Positions 48,035-56,389 of a stretch of 64,000 nt of DNA are shown piece by piece. The notes below the pieces were generated by a model that ran no database searches, was not told where the DNA came from, and saw nothing but the letters and a program-made list of their open reading frames with translations. The translations under genes were made by a program, and so were the position numbers. How positions within the stretch are numbered: the stretch's first letter is position 1; each line of letters opens with the position of its first letter. Origin of the DNA: Escherichia phage vB_EcoM-LTH01; the sequence record PP430345; one strand, written 5' to 3'.

Positions 48035-48538
48035 ATGAAAATTTTAAAATTACTAACGAAACTCCATAACGAAAATAAGGTTATCGAATTTCATACGGAG
48101 CAAGAACTCAACTTCTTCGGAAGTTTCAGTACAGAGGACAATCTTGTCGAAGGATTTTTTAAATTTAAAAATTTCGATACCCTCTTTGTTGTGGAGTCTT
48201 TAGAATACATTGTGTATTTCGAAGGTGTTTGGCGTTTAGCTGCTGGAAAATTTCGTGTTGTCGGACATGAAGAGATCGAAGAACAAAAACCAGGTTATCA
48301 TCTGGATACTTTCCCTCGTGGAGAACTTGGAGAGATCACTAAGATTCAAGAAGAACTTGATGAACTTAAGGATGCAGCCAAACAAAAATGCAAGATCATG
48401 GAGTTGGTAGAGCTTTCTGATCTGGTCGGTGCTATGGAAGCCTACCTGAATAAGCATCATCCAAACACTTCACTGGAAGACCTGATGGTTATGTCAAAAA
48501 TCACTAAACGTGCATTCCAGAATGGTAAGCGAGGCTAA
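48035..48538 (+). CDS. hypothetical protein (weak MazG-like helical motif)
   Basis: Start at ATG 48035 after AAGGGGAGAGG; IQEELDELKDAAKQ...ELVELSDLVGAMEAYL. Confidence 0.35.
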   Translation: MKILKLLTKLHNENKVIEFHTEQELNFFGSFSTEDNLVEGFFKFKNFDTLFVVESLEYIVYFEGVWRLAAGKFRVVGHEEIEEQKPGYHLDTFPRGELGEITKIQEELDELKDAAKQKCKIMELVELSDLVGAMEAYLNKHHPNTSLEDLMVMSKITKRAFQNGKRG

Positions 48539-48539
48539 A

Positions 48540-49118
48540 ATGTCAAACATTGACTTCACATTATTTATTGATGCTCATAGTTGGTGGAAATGTAAAGGTT
48601 TCAATGATAAGGTTGTCCCAAGCTATGTAGATGATGAAGCTATGGACCATACATGCCCCGAAGATGTTACTGATCTTCGCATTGTCCAGAACGGGAAATA
48701 TGCAGTGGCTTCAGCAGAGCAATCATTCCTTCAACTCGACAAAGAGGGGAAGTTGGAAGATGGCAGTTGGATGGCTGTGACTCCATGCTTTCGTGATGAG
48801 ATGGTTCTTGATGATATTCATTTCAATATTTTCTTAAAGATGGAACTGTTTAGAAGTGCCAGTAGTAAAAAGAATGCAGAGAAGATTTCTCACGAGATCG
48901 CAAAAGATGCCATATCGATGTTTACCCTCTTAGGGATTCCTCGTGACGTACTCTTTTTAGTTAAGACTCCGATCGGTTACGATGTTTATTGTGACGATAT
49001 GGAGATTGGGTCCTACGGTGCTCGAAAAACACTCACTGGTAAATGGTATGCATACGGAACTGGCCTGGCTGAACCAAGGACTTCGATCGCGATTCAAAAA
49101 TATCGAGGAAATGAATAA
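48540..49118 (+). CDS. hypothetical protein
   Basis: Start at ATG 48540; contains WMAVTPCFRDE. Confidence 0.4.
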   Translation: MSNIDFTLFIDAHSWWKCKGFNDKVVPSYVDDEAMDHTCPEDVTDLRIVQNGKYAVASAEQSFLQLDKEGKLEDGSWMAVTPCFRDEMVLDDIHFNIFLKMELFRSASSKKNAEKISHEIAKDAISMFTLLGIPRDVLFLVKTPIGYDVYCDDMEIGSYGARKTLTGKWYAYGTGLAEPRTSIAIQKYRGNE

Positions 49119-49280
49119 AATTTCACATTAAGGTATACCCTATGGGTCAGATCTGGTCCATAGGTATTTTCTATGTATTAAAATCGATTTAAGTTATTTA
49201 AATACTTTTTTGAAGTCTTGTTGTAAAAATTAACAACATAGTGTTCATGACCGATCTTCGCTGTTGTATTTTTTCATAAT

Positions 49281-49778
49281 ATGATAAAATGTGTTCAGCT
49301 TAGTGGAAGGATGGTCATTATGTACTTTACATATGTAAGTCAACTCCCTATGTTAGCTGACAACGTGGAACTAAATTCTGGAAAGAGATTGGAGTTTTTT
49401 GACGGATTCGTCAGAAGGGCCAGTCCCGATCAGGAAGGATTTAGAGCATACGTTTTTTATGACAAGTTCCGTTCGGTCAGTTATCGGGTGACAAAGGATG
49501 GTCTTCTCATAGAAAGTTATGATGGTAAAAAGTATCACAGCAGCTTTGTCGCAAACACAGAAGGTACATTTAAGTACACACCTTTTGCGGAAAATGCTGA
49601 AGATATCCATGTTAACTCTTTCATTATTTTGACAAACAAGATGGAGAAGGAGTACAGACGCAGATCAACTTTCATGGGAAAACTTAAGCGAGTAACCTCT
49701 GACCCCATTATGATAATTTTTGTTGCAATTGGATTTCTGTATGCTATAGTTACTGCATTCGTGGTGATTAGTAGCTAA
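49281..49778 (+). CDS. hypothetical protein with C-terminal TM anchor
   Basis: 165 aa; C-terminal IMIIFVAIGFLYAIVTAFVVI. Confidence 0.4.
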   Translation: MIKCVQLSGRMVIMYFTYVSQLPMLADNVELNSGKRLEFFDGFVRRASPDQEGFRAYVFYDKFRSVSYRVTKDGLLIESYDGKKYHSSFVANTEGTFKYTPFAENAEDIHVNSFIILTNKMEKEYRRRSTFMGKLKRVTSDPIMIIFVAIGFLYAIVTAFVVISS

Positions 49779-49784
49779 CTTTAG

Positions 49785-49818
49785 GCCAGTCACCGAAAGG
49801 TGGCTGGCTTTTCTTTTA
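49785..49818 (+). terminator. rho-independent terminator
   Basis: GCCAGTCACCgaaaGGTGGCTGGC hairpin then T-rich tract. Confidence 0.6.
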
Positions 49819-49829
49819 TGGGGGTTTTA

Positions 49830-50351
49830 ATGAGTAAACGTAACATTGAGAATCATGTTCTGAATGCGTATGGTAAAGGTGCTCGTTGGATTGGTTGGGA
49901 TCATTGGATCAAGCACCAGCCTTTCTTTAAGGCGGCAGAAAAGAAAATTGAAGAGTCTGTTGCAGTTGGGAATCGCAAAAGCATCTACGTTTATGCGATA
50001 TCTGAATCAAATTGGTCAACTCCTGCAATAACTTTGTATCTTGATGGAAACACAGGAGAACTGGAATGTGTCAAAATCCTGAGCGTAGATGATGTTTACA
50101 CGGTATTAAATATCTATCGTGATTCAACTGTATTGATTAAAAGAAATGAGGCCCAAGTGGTGTTTGAGGACTTATTTCAAAACCCTACGCATCCGACAGA
50201 TGAAGAACTCGATCTTTTCACGGCGTTGTATGGGGATGATGATATTCTTCTTGACTTGAACCCAATGTTCTTCCAGCGTGTTCAACATCTGAACAAAGCT
50301 GCTGTAAAGAATGCTATGAAATTTATTGTTGACGAGGACATACCATTTTGA
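49830..50351 (+). CDS. paralogous-family small protein (member 1)
   Basis: Start set to ATG 49830 downstream of terminator; carries FEDLFQNPTHPTDEELDLFTALYGDD. Confidence 0.45.
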   Translation: MSKRNIENHVLNAYGKGARWIGWDHWIKHQPFFKAAEKKIEESVAVGNRKSIYVYAISESNWSTPAITLYLDGNTGELECVKILSVDDVYTVLNIYRDSTVLIKRNEAQVVFEDLFQNPTHPTDEELDLFTALYGDDDILLDLNPMFFQRVQHLNKAAVKNAMKFIVDEDIPF

Positions 50352-50803
50352 AAACTAAAGAGATAATCGAGAGATTGAGCAGGCAGTGGACTTTTAATGC
50401 CCTAGGTAAAAACAGATACCGGAACAATATTTTTAAGAAGGGTGAAAAATGGACTCAATCCGAAGGAATGTCGGCATCCGTGAGTTTTAGAATCCCACTG
50501 GACAAGGCTGACAAAAGGATAAACATAAGTTCAAACAGGCATCTTTTTCAATGGAGAACATCCAAAGATTCTATTGGGAAACCTGATCGTTTCGTTTTTG
50601 TTACTTATGGCGACAAGAGCGGGACAAAACGAATAGTCCTTGAAGAGTATTTCTTCGATCCAACAGATATACTTGAAGAGGAGATAGAGATGTTTGAAGC
50701 GTTGTTCCCTGAAATTTCAAGGTATATCCTTGCAATGGGGGAAGCTTTAGATGAGGCAGAGATAAAAATTCAAGAGAGGGTAGAAAATGTCATTGTACGA
50801 TAA
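50348..50803 (+). CDS. paralogous-family small protein (member 2)
   Basis: EEYFFDPTDILEEEIEMFEALFPE. Confidence 0.45.
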   Translation: MKTKEIIERLSRQWTFNALGKNRYRNNIFKKGEKWTQSEGMSASVSFRIPLDKADKRINISSNRHLFQWRTSKDSIGKPDRFVFVTYGDKSGTKRIVLEEYFFDPTDILEEEIEMFEALFPEISRYILAMGEALDEAEIKIQERVENVIVR

Positions 50804-51158
50804 AAATATGAAAGGTTTCTTCAATAATACCGGAGGGAATACCTTTGTGAAGACAGGTGCATCGCCATTACCTATGACGGGTTTTCCTATTCCAAATCCC
50901 CCAACTACGACAATTGATAGGGAGGGAGCAATATCTCAAGGTTTTATGACAAAACGTTTGACGTTGAAATACAAAGGGATTTTGATAGAGGGTGTCTTCA
51001 ATGAGCAGATTTTGGATTTCTTTGCTGACCCTATGAACATAGAGAAAGAAGAGATACTTCTCTTAGAGGCTGCAAATCCAAAGTGGGCAGAGGTCCTCAA
51101 GGGGGCTTTTCGACAAGGTTGGTTGAATGAACAAGCAGATAAACTTTTTTACGAATAA
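50787..51158 (+). CDS. paralogous-family small protein (member 3)
   Basis: LDFFADPMNIEKEEILLLEAANPKW. Confidence 0.45.
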   Translation: MSLYDKNMKGFFNNTGGNTFVKTGASPLPMTGFPIPNPPTTTIDREGAISQGFMTKRLTLKYKGILIEGVFNEQILDFFADPMNIEKEEILLLEAANPKWAEVLKGAFRQGWLNEQADKLFYE

Positions 51159-51167
51159 GGTGATAAA

Positions 51168-51407
51168 ATGGTTGACGAGAGGAAGCTGAATCTTGTATAT
51201 TATCTCTTACCGGAGCGGGATAGAGAAGAATACTTCACTTCCCAAACCACAGAAGGGAGAGCAGAGGATTGGAAATTCTATGAATCTGTTCATCCCGAAA
51301 AGGTAAGAGAGATACTCATGGTTTGTGAGAAAATCGATGGTGATCTCGCAAAATCTTTAATCGAATACGTAAAAATAAAAGAAAACTTAACAAAATCAGG
51401 AGACTAA
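51168..51407 (+). CDS. paralogous-family small protein (member 4)
   Basis: ERDREEYFTSQTTEGRAEDWKFYESVHPEK. Confidence 0.45.
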   Translation: MVDERKLNLVYYLLPERDREEYFTSQTTEGRAEDWKFYESVHPEKVREILMVCEKIDGDLAKSLIEYVKIKENLTKSGD

Positions 51408-51410
51408 CGA

Positions 51411-51572
51411 ATGAATACCAAATTTTTGAAACGTGTAATTGCTATCTGGGCGGGTTCTGTTGTTGTTGGTGCAGCATGTGTTGCAGCAGATCTCAAAATG
51501 GTTGAAGCTATCATTGTCGCAGTCCCTGCTGGGTTCCTTATCGGTACAGCTGCTGCTCGGTACATCAAATGA
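51411..51572 (+). CDS. small hydrophobic membrane peptide (53 aa)
   Basis: Not in ORF track; MNTKFLKRVIAIWAGSVVVGAACVAADLKMVEAIIVAVPAGFLIGTAAARYIK; ATGA overlap with next gene. Confidence 0.35.
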   Translation: MNTKFLKRVIAIWAGSVVVGAACVAADLKMVEAIIVAVPAGFLIGTAAARYIK

Positions 51573-51877
51573 AAAATGAAACTTGGCGTTATGGTGAATT
51601 CGGTTATTACTTTGTTGACAGCATCGAAAGAGATCGGTACTTTACATCGGGAGACTCTTACGAAGACCGACTGGAAGATTGGAACCTCTTTGCAGCGTTG
51701 TTTCCAGAAAGGGCGAATCAAGTTTACAAGTTGATCGAAGAGAAAATTCTTCGTGCTGAAGAAGAAATGAAGTACAAGATGATGATTCGTGATTTCTCAG
51801 AAAGAAACGAGTCAAGGGCGGCAACCCTTCTTGAAGTCAGAACTGCACTGGCTAATTTGGAGGAAAATGATGATTAA
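51569..51877 (+). CDS. paralogous-family small protein (member 5)
   Basis: ERDRYFTSGDSYEDRLEDWNLFAALFPER. Confidence 0.45.
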   Translation: MKNETWRYGEFGYYFVDSIERDRYFTSGDSYEDRLEDWNLFAALFPERANQVYKLIEEKILRAEEEMKYKMMIRDFSERNESRAATLLEVRTALANLEENDD

Positions 51878-52121
51878 GATATTCAGTTTGGATGGTGGTC
51901 AGGGTTGGGCAACAGATGCGAAAACCGCAATTCTTTTGATGTTTCCTGGTTTAAAGGGTAGCGATATCTTTTTGTCAGGGGAAGTGGTAAAAGAGATGGA
52001 GAAGATAGATAATGAGACTCATGAAATCTTCTTCAATGAGCCAGAAGAGGGGAAACCCGTGCTGTTCAACTCTACTAAAGAAGGGTTGTTAAAAGAGATG
52101 AATTTGCTAGGTATGATTTAA
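51867..52121 (+). CDS. hypothetical protein
   Basis: Start at ATG 51867 after GGAGGA. Confidence 0.4.
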   Translation: MMIKIFSLDGGQGWATDAKTAILLMFPGLKGSDIFLSGEVVKEMEKIDNETHEIFFNEPEEGKPVLFNSTKEGLLKEMNLLGMI

Positions 52122-52243
52122 ACGCTCTCAGAACGATTCTAACGAGGTCTACGACGAGGTAAGGTGATTTATCATTCCCTTAAGAAAACCTCGTCAAAAT
52201 CGCTTCTGCGGGGCTTATATTTGATATGTAGAGAGATTATTAA

Positions 52244-52600
52244 ATGACGACGATTGTAATTAACGAAGTTACGGGACAAGTGTACAAGGAGAGAGGTCCT
52301 GTTACAGAAGAACATGTAGACTGGTACGGCTTTGAAGCTCTCGGGATGGAGATCGATAGTATGATCGCTAACCGGATATTTGAAGATAACTCTGTCGAAG
52401 AGGAGTACAGAGGTATCTACGATGCAATTAAGCGGGAAGGTAAATTCACCAAAGGGCTTAAAAAACGGGCAGCGGATTTGGAGAATGTCGTGATATTTTT
52501 CAGGATGCCTCTTAGAGCACAAAGAGAATTACTTGCCAAACAAAGATTAGAGAGAGGGGTATTTGAATATGAAACTGAAATGTCTGAACGTGATTGCTGA
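52244..52600 (+). CDS. hypothetical protein
   Basis: 118-aa ORF. Confidence 0.4.
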   Translation: MTTIVINEVTGQVYKERGPVTEEHVDWYGFEALGMEIDSMIANRIFEDNSVEEEYRGIYDAIKREGKFTKGLKKRAADLENVVIFFRMPLRAQRELLAKQRLERGVFEYETEMSERDC

Positions 52601-52802
52601 TTTTAAAGAAGTTTTTCCGAAAGGTGAATTGTTTGATGCAACAGAACTTCGGAATGATTTCTGCGATGTGGTTGGTAAGCGGCCTAAGAAGAATGATACT
52701 CCGTGGACAGGAGTCCAATCGCTAGGGCATGTGGTTGTCCTTGGCGTAGCAAAGTTCGAGATTGTTGGTGCTCTAGATAAGGAATCCTCCGATGGCGTAT
52801 GA
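52563..52802 (+). CDS. hypothetical protein
   Basis: 79-aa ORF. Confidence 0.35.
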   Translation: MNMKLKCLNVIADFKEVFPKGELFDATELRNDFCDVVGKRPKKNDTPWTGVQSLGHVVVLGVAKFEIVGALDKESSDGV

Positions 52803-53295
52803 AGCATTTAAGGAAGTCTATGAAATACTCATTCGAGATTGGAATTGGAAAAAGATCAGACATACTCAGTATCTTCGTCAACTGATCTATACGGGGGACC
52901 ACAGCTTTCGCCGAGATATGAAGATTAGTCAAAGAGTGGGAAAGACCAAGTTTAAATTTCAACGTGGTCGTGGATACTATGACGAGGGTTTTAAGGTTCA
53001 GGAAGTACCACGCTTCTGTGTTTCAACATTGCCGAATGCGAATGGTAAAGGATCTAGGATCTCCTGGATGGCTACCTGTAACAATGAAATCTTCATGGGT
53101 GTCCGAAAGGCAGGGTGTAAGGATTGGCAGATATTCAATCTTGACGAGTATTTCGAAGATATTCAAAAACCCACAGATGATGAGATTGACTTCGTTAATG
53201 TCCTCTATCCTGAGTTTATAAGAGATCTTCCAAAACTGAAACCAGGGTTGGATGAGGTTCATAAAGAGTTGCGATGGAGGTTCGGTGGATATTAA
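52792..53295 (+). CDS. paralogous-family small protein (member 6)
   Basis: LDEYFEDIQKPTDDEIDFVNVLYPEF. Confidence 0.45.
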   Translation: MAYEAFKEVYEILIRDWNWKKIRHTQYLRQLIYTGDHSFRRDMKISQRVGKTKFKFQRGRGYYDEGFKVQEVPRFCVSTLPNANGKGSRISWMATCNNEIFMGVRKAGCKDWQIFNLDEYFEDIQKPTDDEIDFVNVLYPEFIRDLPKLKPGLDEVHKELRWRFGGY

Positions 53296-53491
53296 ATATG
53301 AGAATGGTACAAGGGTAAGGATCACAAGAGGGAAGAATAAAGGCATGACAGCGAGGATAAGTTATATGGCTGATCCACATCACCTCTCGTCAGAGCGAAG
53401 ATTCTATCTTGTTTTAGACAATCGTAAGGATTTCTTCGGTAAATCCTTTGTCCTGATGAACGAATCAGGATTCTATGTAATCAGGGGTTAA
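53285..53491 (+). CDS. hypothetical small protein
   Basis: Start tentatively at GTG 53285 after GGAGG. Confidence 0.3.
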   Translation: MDIKYENGTRVRITRGKNKGMTARISYMADPHHLSSERRFYLVLDNRKDFFGKSFVLMNESGFYVIRG

Positions 53492-53492
53492 T

Positions 53493-53708
53493 ATGCTTAA
53501 GCTGGCTAAGGGTTTGAAATTTAGGGGGAAAGAAATAAATTGCCTTCTACCTATCCCTGTGGTAGAATACTTGGAAATGGAAGAGTGCGAAGATATCGAT
53601 GAGGATATTTACATCATGATTTGTGCTCTCTATCCCGAATGGAAAGATATGGTTGATCAAGCATTTATGACTTTTGGAGGATTGTATAATGAAAGTTCGG
53701 ATCGTTAA
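53493..53708 (+). CDS. paralogous-family small protein (member 7)
   Basis: VEYLEMEECEDIDEDIYIMICALYPEW. Confidence 0.45.
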   Translation: MLKLAKGLKFRGKEINCLLPIPVVEYLEMEECEDIDEDIYIMICALYPEWKDMVDQAFMTFGGLYNESSDR

Positions 53709-53901
53709 AGTTCGGAAAGGTGAATCAACGCATTACGAAGTTCATCGTAAAGTGTTTAACTTGTTTTGGGTAACTGTCCGTATTGGCCCACACGAAGAGT
53801 GGAAATTTGAAACATACGGTGAGGCTGTTGGTGTAGTTAATACGATGAAAGGATGGTACAGCGCAGATCATCGTGAGATTCTTAAAGAGGAGGTCATTTA
53901 A
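53689..53901 (+). CDS. hypothetical protein
   Basis: Start at ATG 53689 after GGAGG. Confidence 0.4.
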   Translation: MKVRIVKVRKGESTHYEVHRKVFNLFWVTVRIGPHEEWKFETYGEAVGVVNTMKGWYSADHREILKEEVI

Positions 53902-54239
53902 TGGTCGAACAAACAGAGATTGAACATCTGATTGAAATGGCTAAAAAAGACCATGAACTTGCCAAAGAACTGACGACTGTTTTTATGTGGGAATACAACG
54001 CAGAAAAATACTTTCGTATTGAAAACATGGTAGAAGATTACTTCCCTTTGCTCTACAAGGTGAGCTATATCGTTAAGTTTCTGATTACGAACATCAGCGT
54101 ACATAGCCGGATGGAAGAGTTAGCCGATTCGAAGTTTAAGAGCCAAATTGCAGAGGCTCTTGTTGAATCGTACACCATTGGCTTGAAAGATTTCTTGAGT
54201 GAACTGGCTCATGCTGTGGAAAATACTGAAGAATTATAA
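53901..54239 (+). CDS. hypothetical protein
   Basis: 112-aa ORF. Confidence 0.4.
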   Translation: MVEQTEIEHLIEMAKKDHELAKELTTVFMWEYNAEKYFRIENMVEDYFPLLYKVSYIVKFLITNISVHSRMEELADSKFKSQIAEALVESYTIGLKDFLSELAHAVENTEEL

Positions 54240-54450
54240 TAACTAAGGAGAATAAAATTAAAAATTTAACGAAAGTAATTGACAACATCATTCGTAACGG
54301 GCATTATGAAGACCAAGAAGACGAGATGCTTTACAGCTACGAAGACTCTGAACTGACTGGTAATTTTGGTGTGTGGAATGAATCAAGTAGTCTGGGGGTT
54401 TTTCGTGGTGATGAGTTCATCTTAGGTATTTACTAAACGAGGAGAAATTT

Positions 54451-54558
54451 ATGAGCATTTGGAAAAACAACGTGCCTGCAACAAACAAAGTGACTTTTAC
54501 CAAAACCGAGATCACTGTGATGGTCATTGCAACATTCATCGTTTTAGTGCTGCTGTGA
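54451..54558 (+). CDS. small membrane peptide (35 aa)
   Basis: Not in ORF track; GAGGAG RBS; hydrophobic C-terminus ITVMVIATFIVLVLL. Confidence 0.3.
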   Translation: MSIWKNNVPATNKVTFTKTEITVMVIATFIVLVLL

Positions 54559-54565
54559 TGTTACT

Positions 54566-54793
54566 ATGCTTAAGTTCATGAATAGATTTGTGAATAGATA
54601 CAGGATCGTACTAATTGAATATAATCATACACATGCAGGCAAAAAGGTTACTTATGCCTTGCAAAAACGAATAGGTTTTTTCTTTTGGTACACAATGACA
54701 AAGTGTGATAGTAAATCTCAGACTGAATACTATTACAGCAGGGTAAAAGATAAATCCGACAAACTGGTAAAGATCATAGGTTACAGAGAATAA
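54566..54793 (+). CDS. hypothetical protein
   Basis: 75-aa ORF. Confidence 0.35.
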   Translation: MLKFMNRFVNRYRIVLIEYNHTHAGKKVTYALQKRIGFFFWYTMTKCDSKSQTEYYYSRVKDKSDKLVKIIGYRE

Positions 54794-54803
54794 GGGGCAA
54801 AAC

Positions 54804-55010
54804 ATGATTTCTTCAGAGCAGGTTCAATTTTGTGAATTAAAACAGGATTTCGGGCAGCACAAGAAAGGTGATCGATTTGAGTTTCACTTTGGTAACACTT
54901 ATCGTGACCCACGTAGAACTTTCGTTGTTGATACCCACTCTGGAGCAATGGTGTTTTGGGAAGAGGACTTTATGAAATTGTTTTTCACGGAGGGTATCGT
55001 TGAAATTTGA
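54804..55010 (+). CDS. hypothetical protein
   Basis: 68-aa ORF. Confidence 0.4.
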   Translation: MISSEQVQFCELKQDFGQHKKGDRFEFHFGNTYRDPRRTFVVDTHSGAMVFWEEDFMKLFFTEGIVEI

Positions 55011-55071
55011 AAATAATGAAGAAAAACAAGGGTATGTGTCTACAGTACCTGAAAGTAAGTCTCGCTCCTTT

Positions 55072-55101
55072 TTGGACTTTGTAAGGAAAAACAGGTATAA
55101 T
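55072..55101 (+). promoter_or_regulatory. putative promoter upstream of RCC1-like gene array
   Basis: TTGGAC, 18-bp spacer, TATAAT. Confidence 0.3.
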
Positions 55102-55176
55102 AGTAAAGTAGATAATGAAACAAAGGAACCTCTTTATGGGGTTCTTTGTGGTATTCCAAAACAACAGGAGAATTAA

Positions 55177-56376
55177 ATGTTAGAAATGTTGAACTTAGGT
55201 GCTGTGGCCTCTCTACCGCCGATTGATGGTGAAATTTCACCTGAATTTATCCAAGCGCAGCAATCGATAGTTATGTATCTTCACAGGCCAACTGGCAATC
55301 TTTACGGGTATGGTAATGCACCTGTATACCGATTCGGAGACGGTATCCCAACAGAAGTGCCGAGCTTTAAACTTATCTATTCAAACTGTAAATATTTCTG
55401 GTTGGGTCAGGCTAGTACACTTGTTGCAACAAACGATGATAAATTCTATTATGCTGGGGTCAGAAACGCATTTCCACCACTGGGGACAGGTGGTGGTAAC
55501 GTTGCTTACTTTACTGAAGTTACAGTACATTTTAACAATATTGGTGTGACACCTGATGATATAAAAACTCTGGCGCTCGGTAGCGGATCTTGTAGGCTTC
55601 TGACAAAAGATGGTCGTGTTTTCTGCTGTGGTCTTAACTCTAATGGTGAGTGTGGGAACGGTACAAGAAATATGATTGCAAACTTTGTCCAGATCACCAA
55701 TATGGGACCTATATCTCAATTGGCTACAAGGGCTTTCGGTACTCATTTCTTAACTGAAGATGGCAGGGAATTCTTTGCAGGGTACGATGCTTACGGGGAA
55801 AGTGGCCTAGGTGCTCTTAACAGCCACTTACAAACTCCAACATTGGTTACTTCGGGTGTTAAAAACATAATTGTTGCTACGGTATGTACTTGGAGAATAA
55901 TGCAAAATGGAGACGTGTATTGGAGCGGTTTGAATACTCAAGGTTCTGCGGGAACAGGTTCATTTAACAACGCAGGTACGGTCCTAAGACCTATAAAAAA
56001 CGATGCCTTGAGTGGAAACTTACCGGAGGGTGATTTATTATATCCATCAGGCATCCAAACAGGTGATGCAACGGGTGCTCCGATCATTTGTTTCGGGAGA
56101 AACACTATCAAAAACGGTGGTGAAAACGGATCAGGTCAAGTGGGTGATGGTGTAAGTTATACATCGGTATATAACTATGTGGACATGTACAAACCTGCAA
56201 CCTTCGGAGATAAAAAGGTTATTGGGGTGGCTAAAGATTATGTACGATCATTTATCTTAACTGAAGATTATCAATTGTTTGCCGCAGGTGGTAGAACAGC
56301 AAGTGGATGGACACTCCCTGATGGAGGGACCAGTGTTACACCCATGCGCCTCATGGCTAGTATGCCTTGGTACTAA
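55177..56376 (+). CDS. RCC1-like beta-propeller repeat protein (paralogue 1)
   Basis: Starts MLEMLNLG; repeated Gly-rich units e.g. CCGLNSNGECGNGT, WSGLNTQGSAGTG. Confidence 0.55.
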   Translation: MLEMLNLGAVASLPPIDGEISPEFIQAQQSIVMYLHRPTGNLYGYGNAPVYRFGDGIPTEVPSFKLIYSNCKYFWLGQASTLVATNDDKFYYAGVRNAFPPLGTGGGNVAYFTEVTVHFNNIGVTPDDIKTLALGSGSCRLLTKDGRVFCCGLNSNGECGNGTRNMIANFVQITNMGPISQLATRAFGTHFLTEDGREFFAGYDAYGESGLGALNSHLQTPTLVTSGVKNIIVATVCTWRIMQNGDVYWSGLNTQGSAGTGSFNNAGTVLRPIKNDALSGNLPEGDLLYPSGIQTGDATGAPIICFGRNTIKNGGENGSGQVGDGVSYTSVYNYVDMYKPATFGDKKVIGVAKDYVRSFILTEDYQLFAAGGRTASGWTLPDGGTSVTPMRLMASMPWY

Positions 56377-56389
56377 TAAGGAGAATAGA

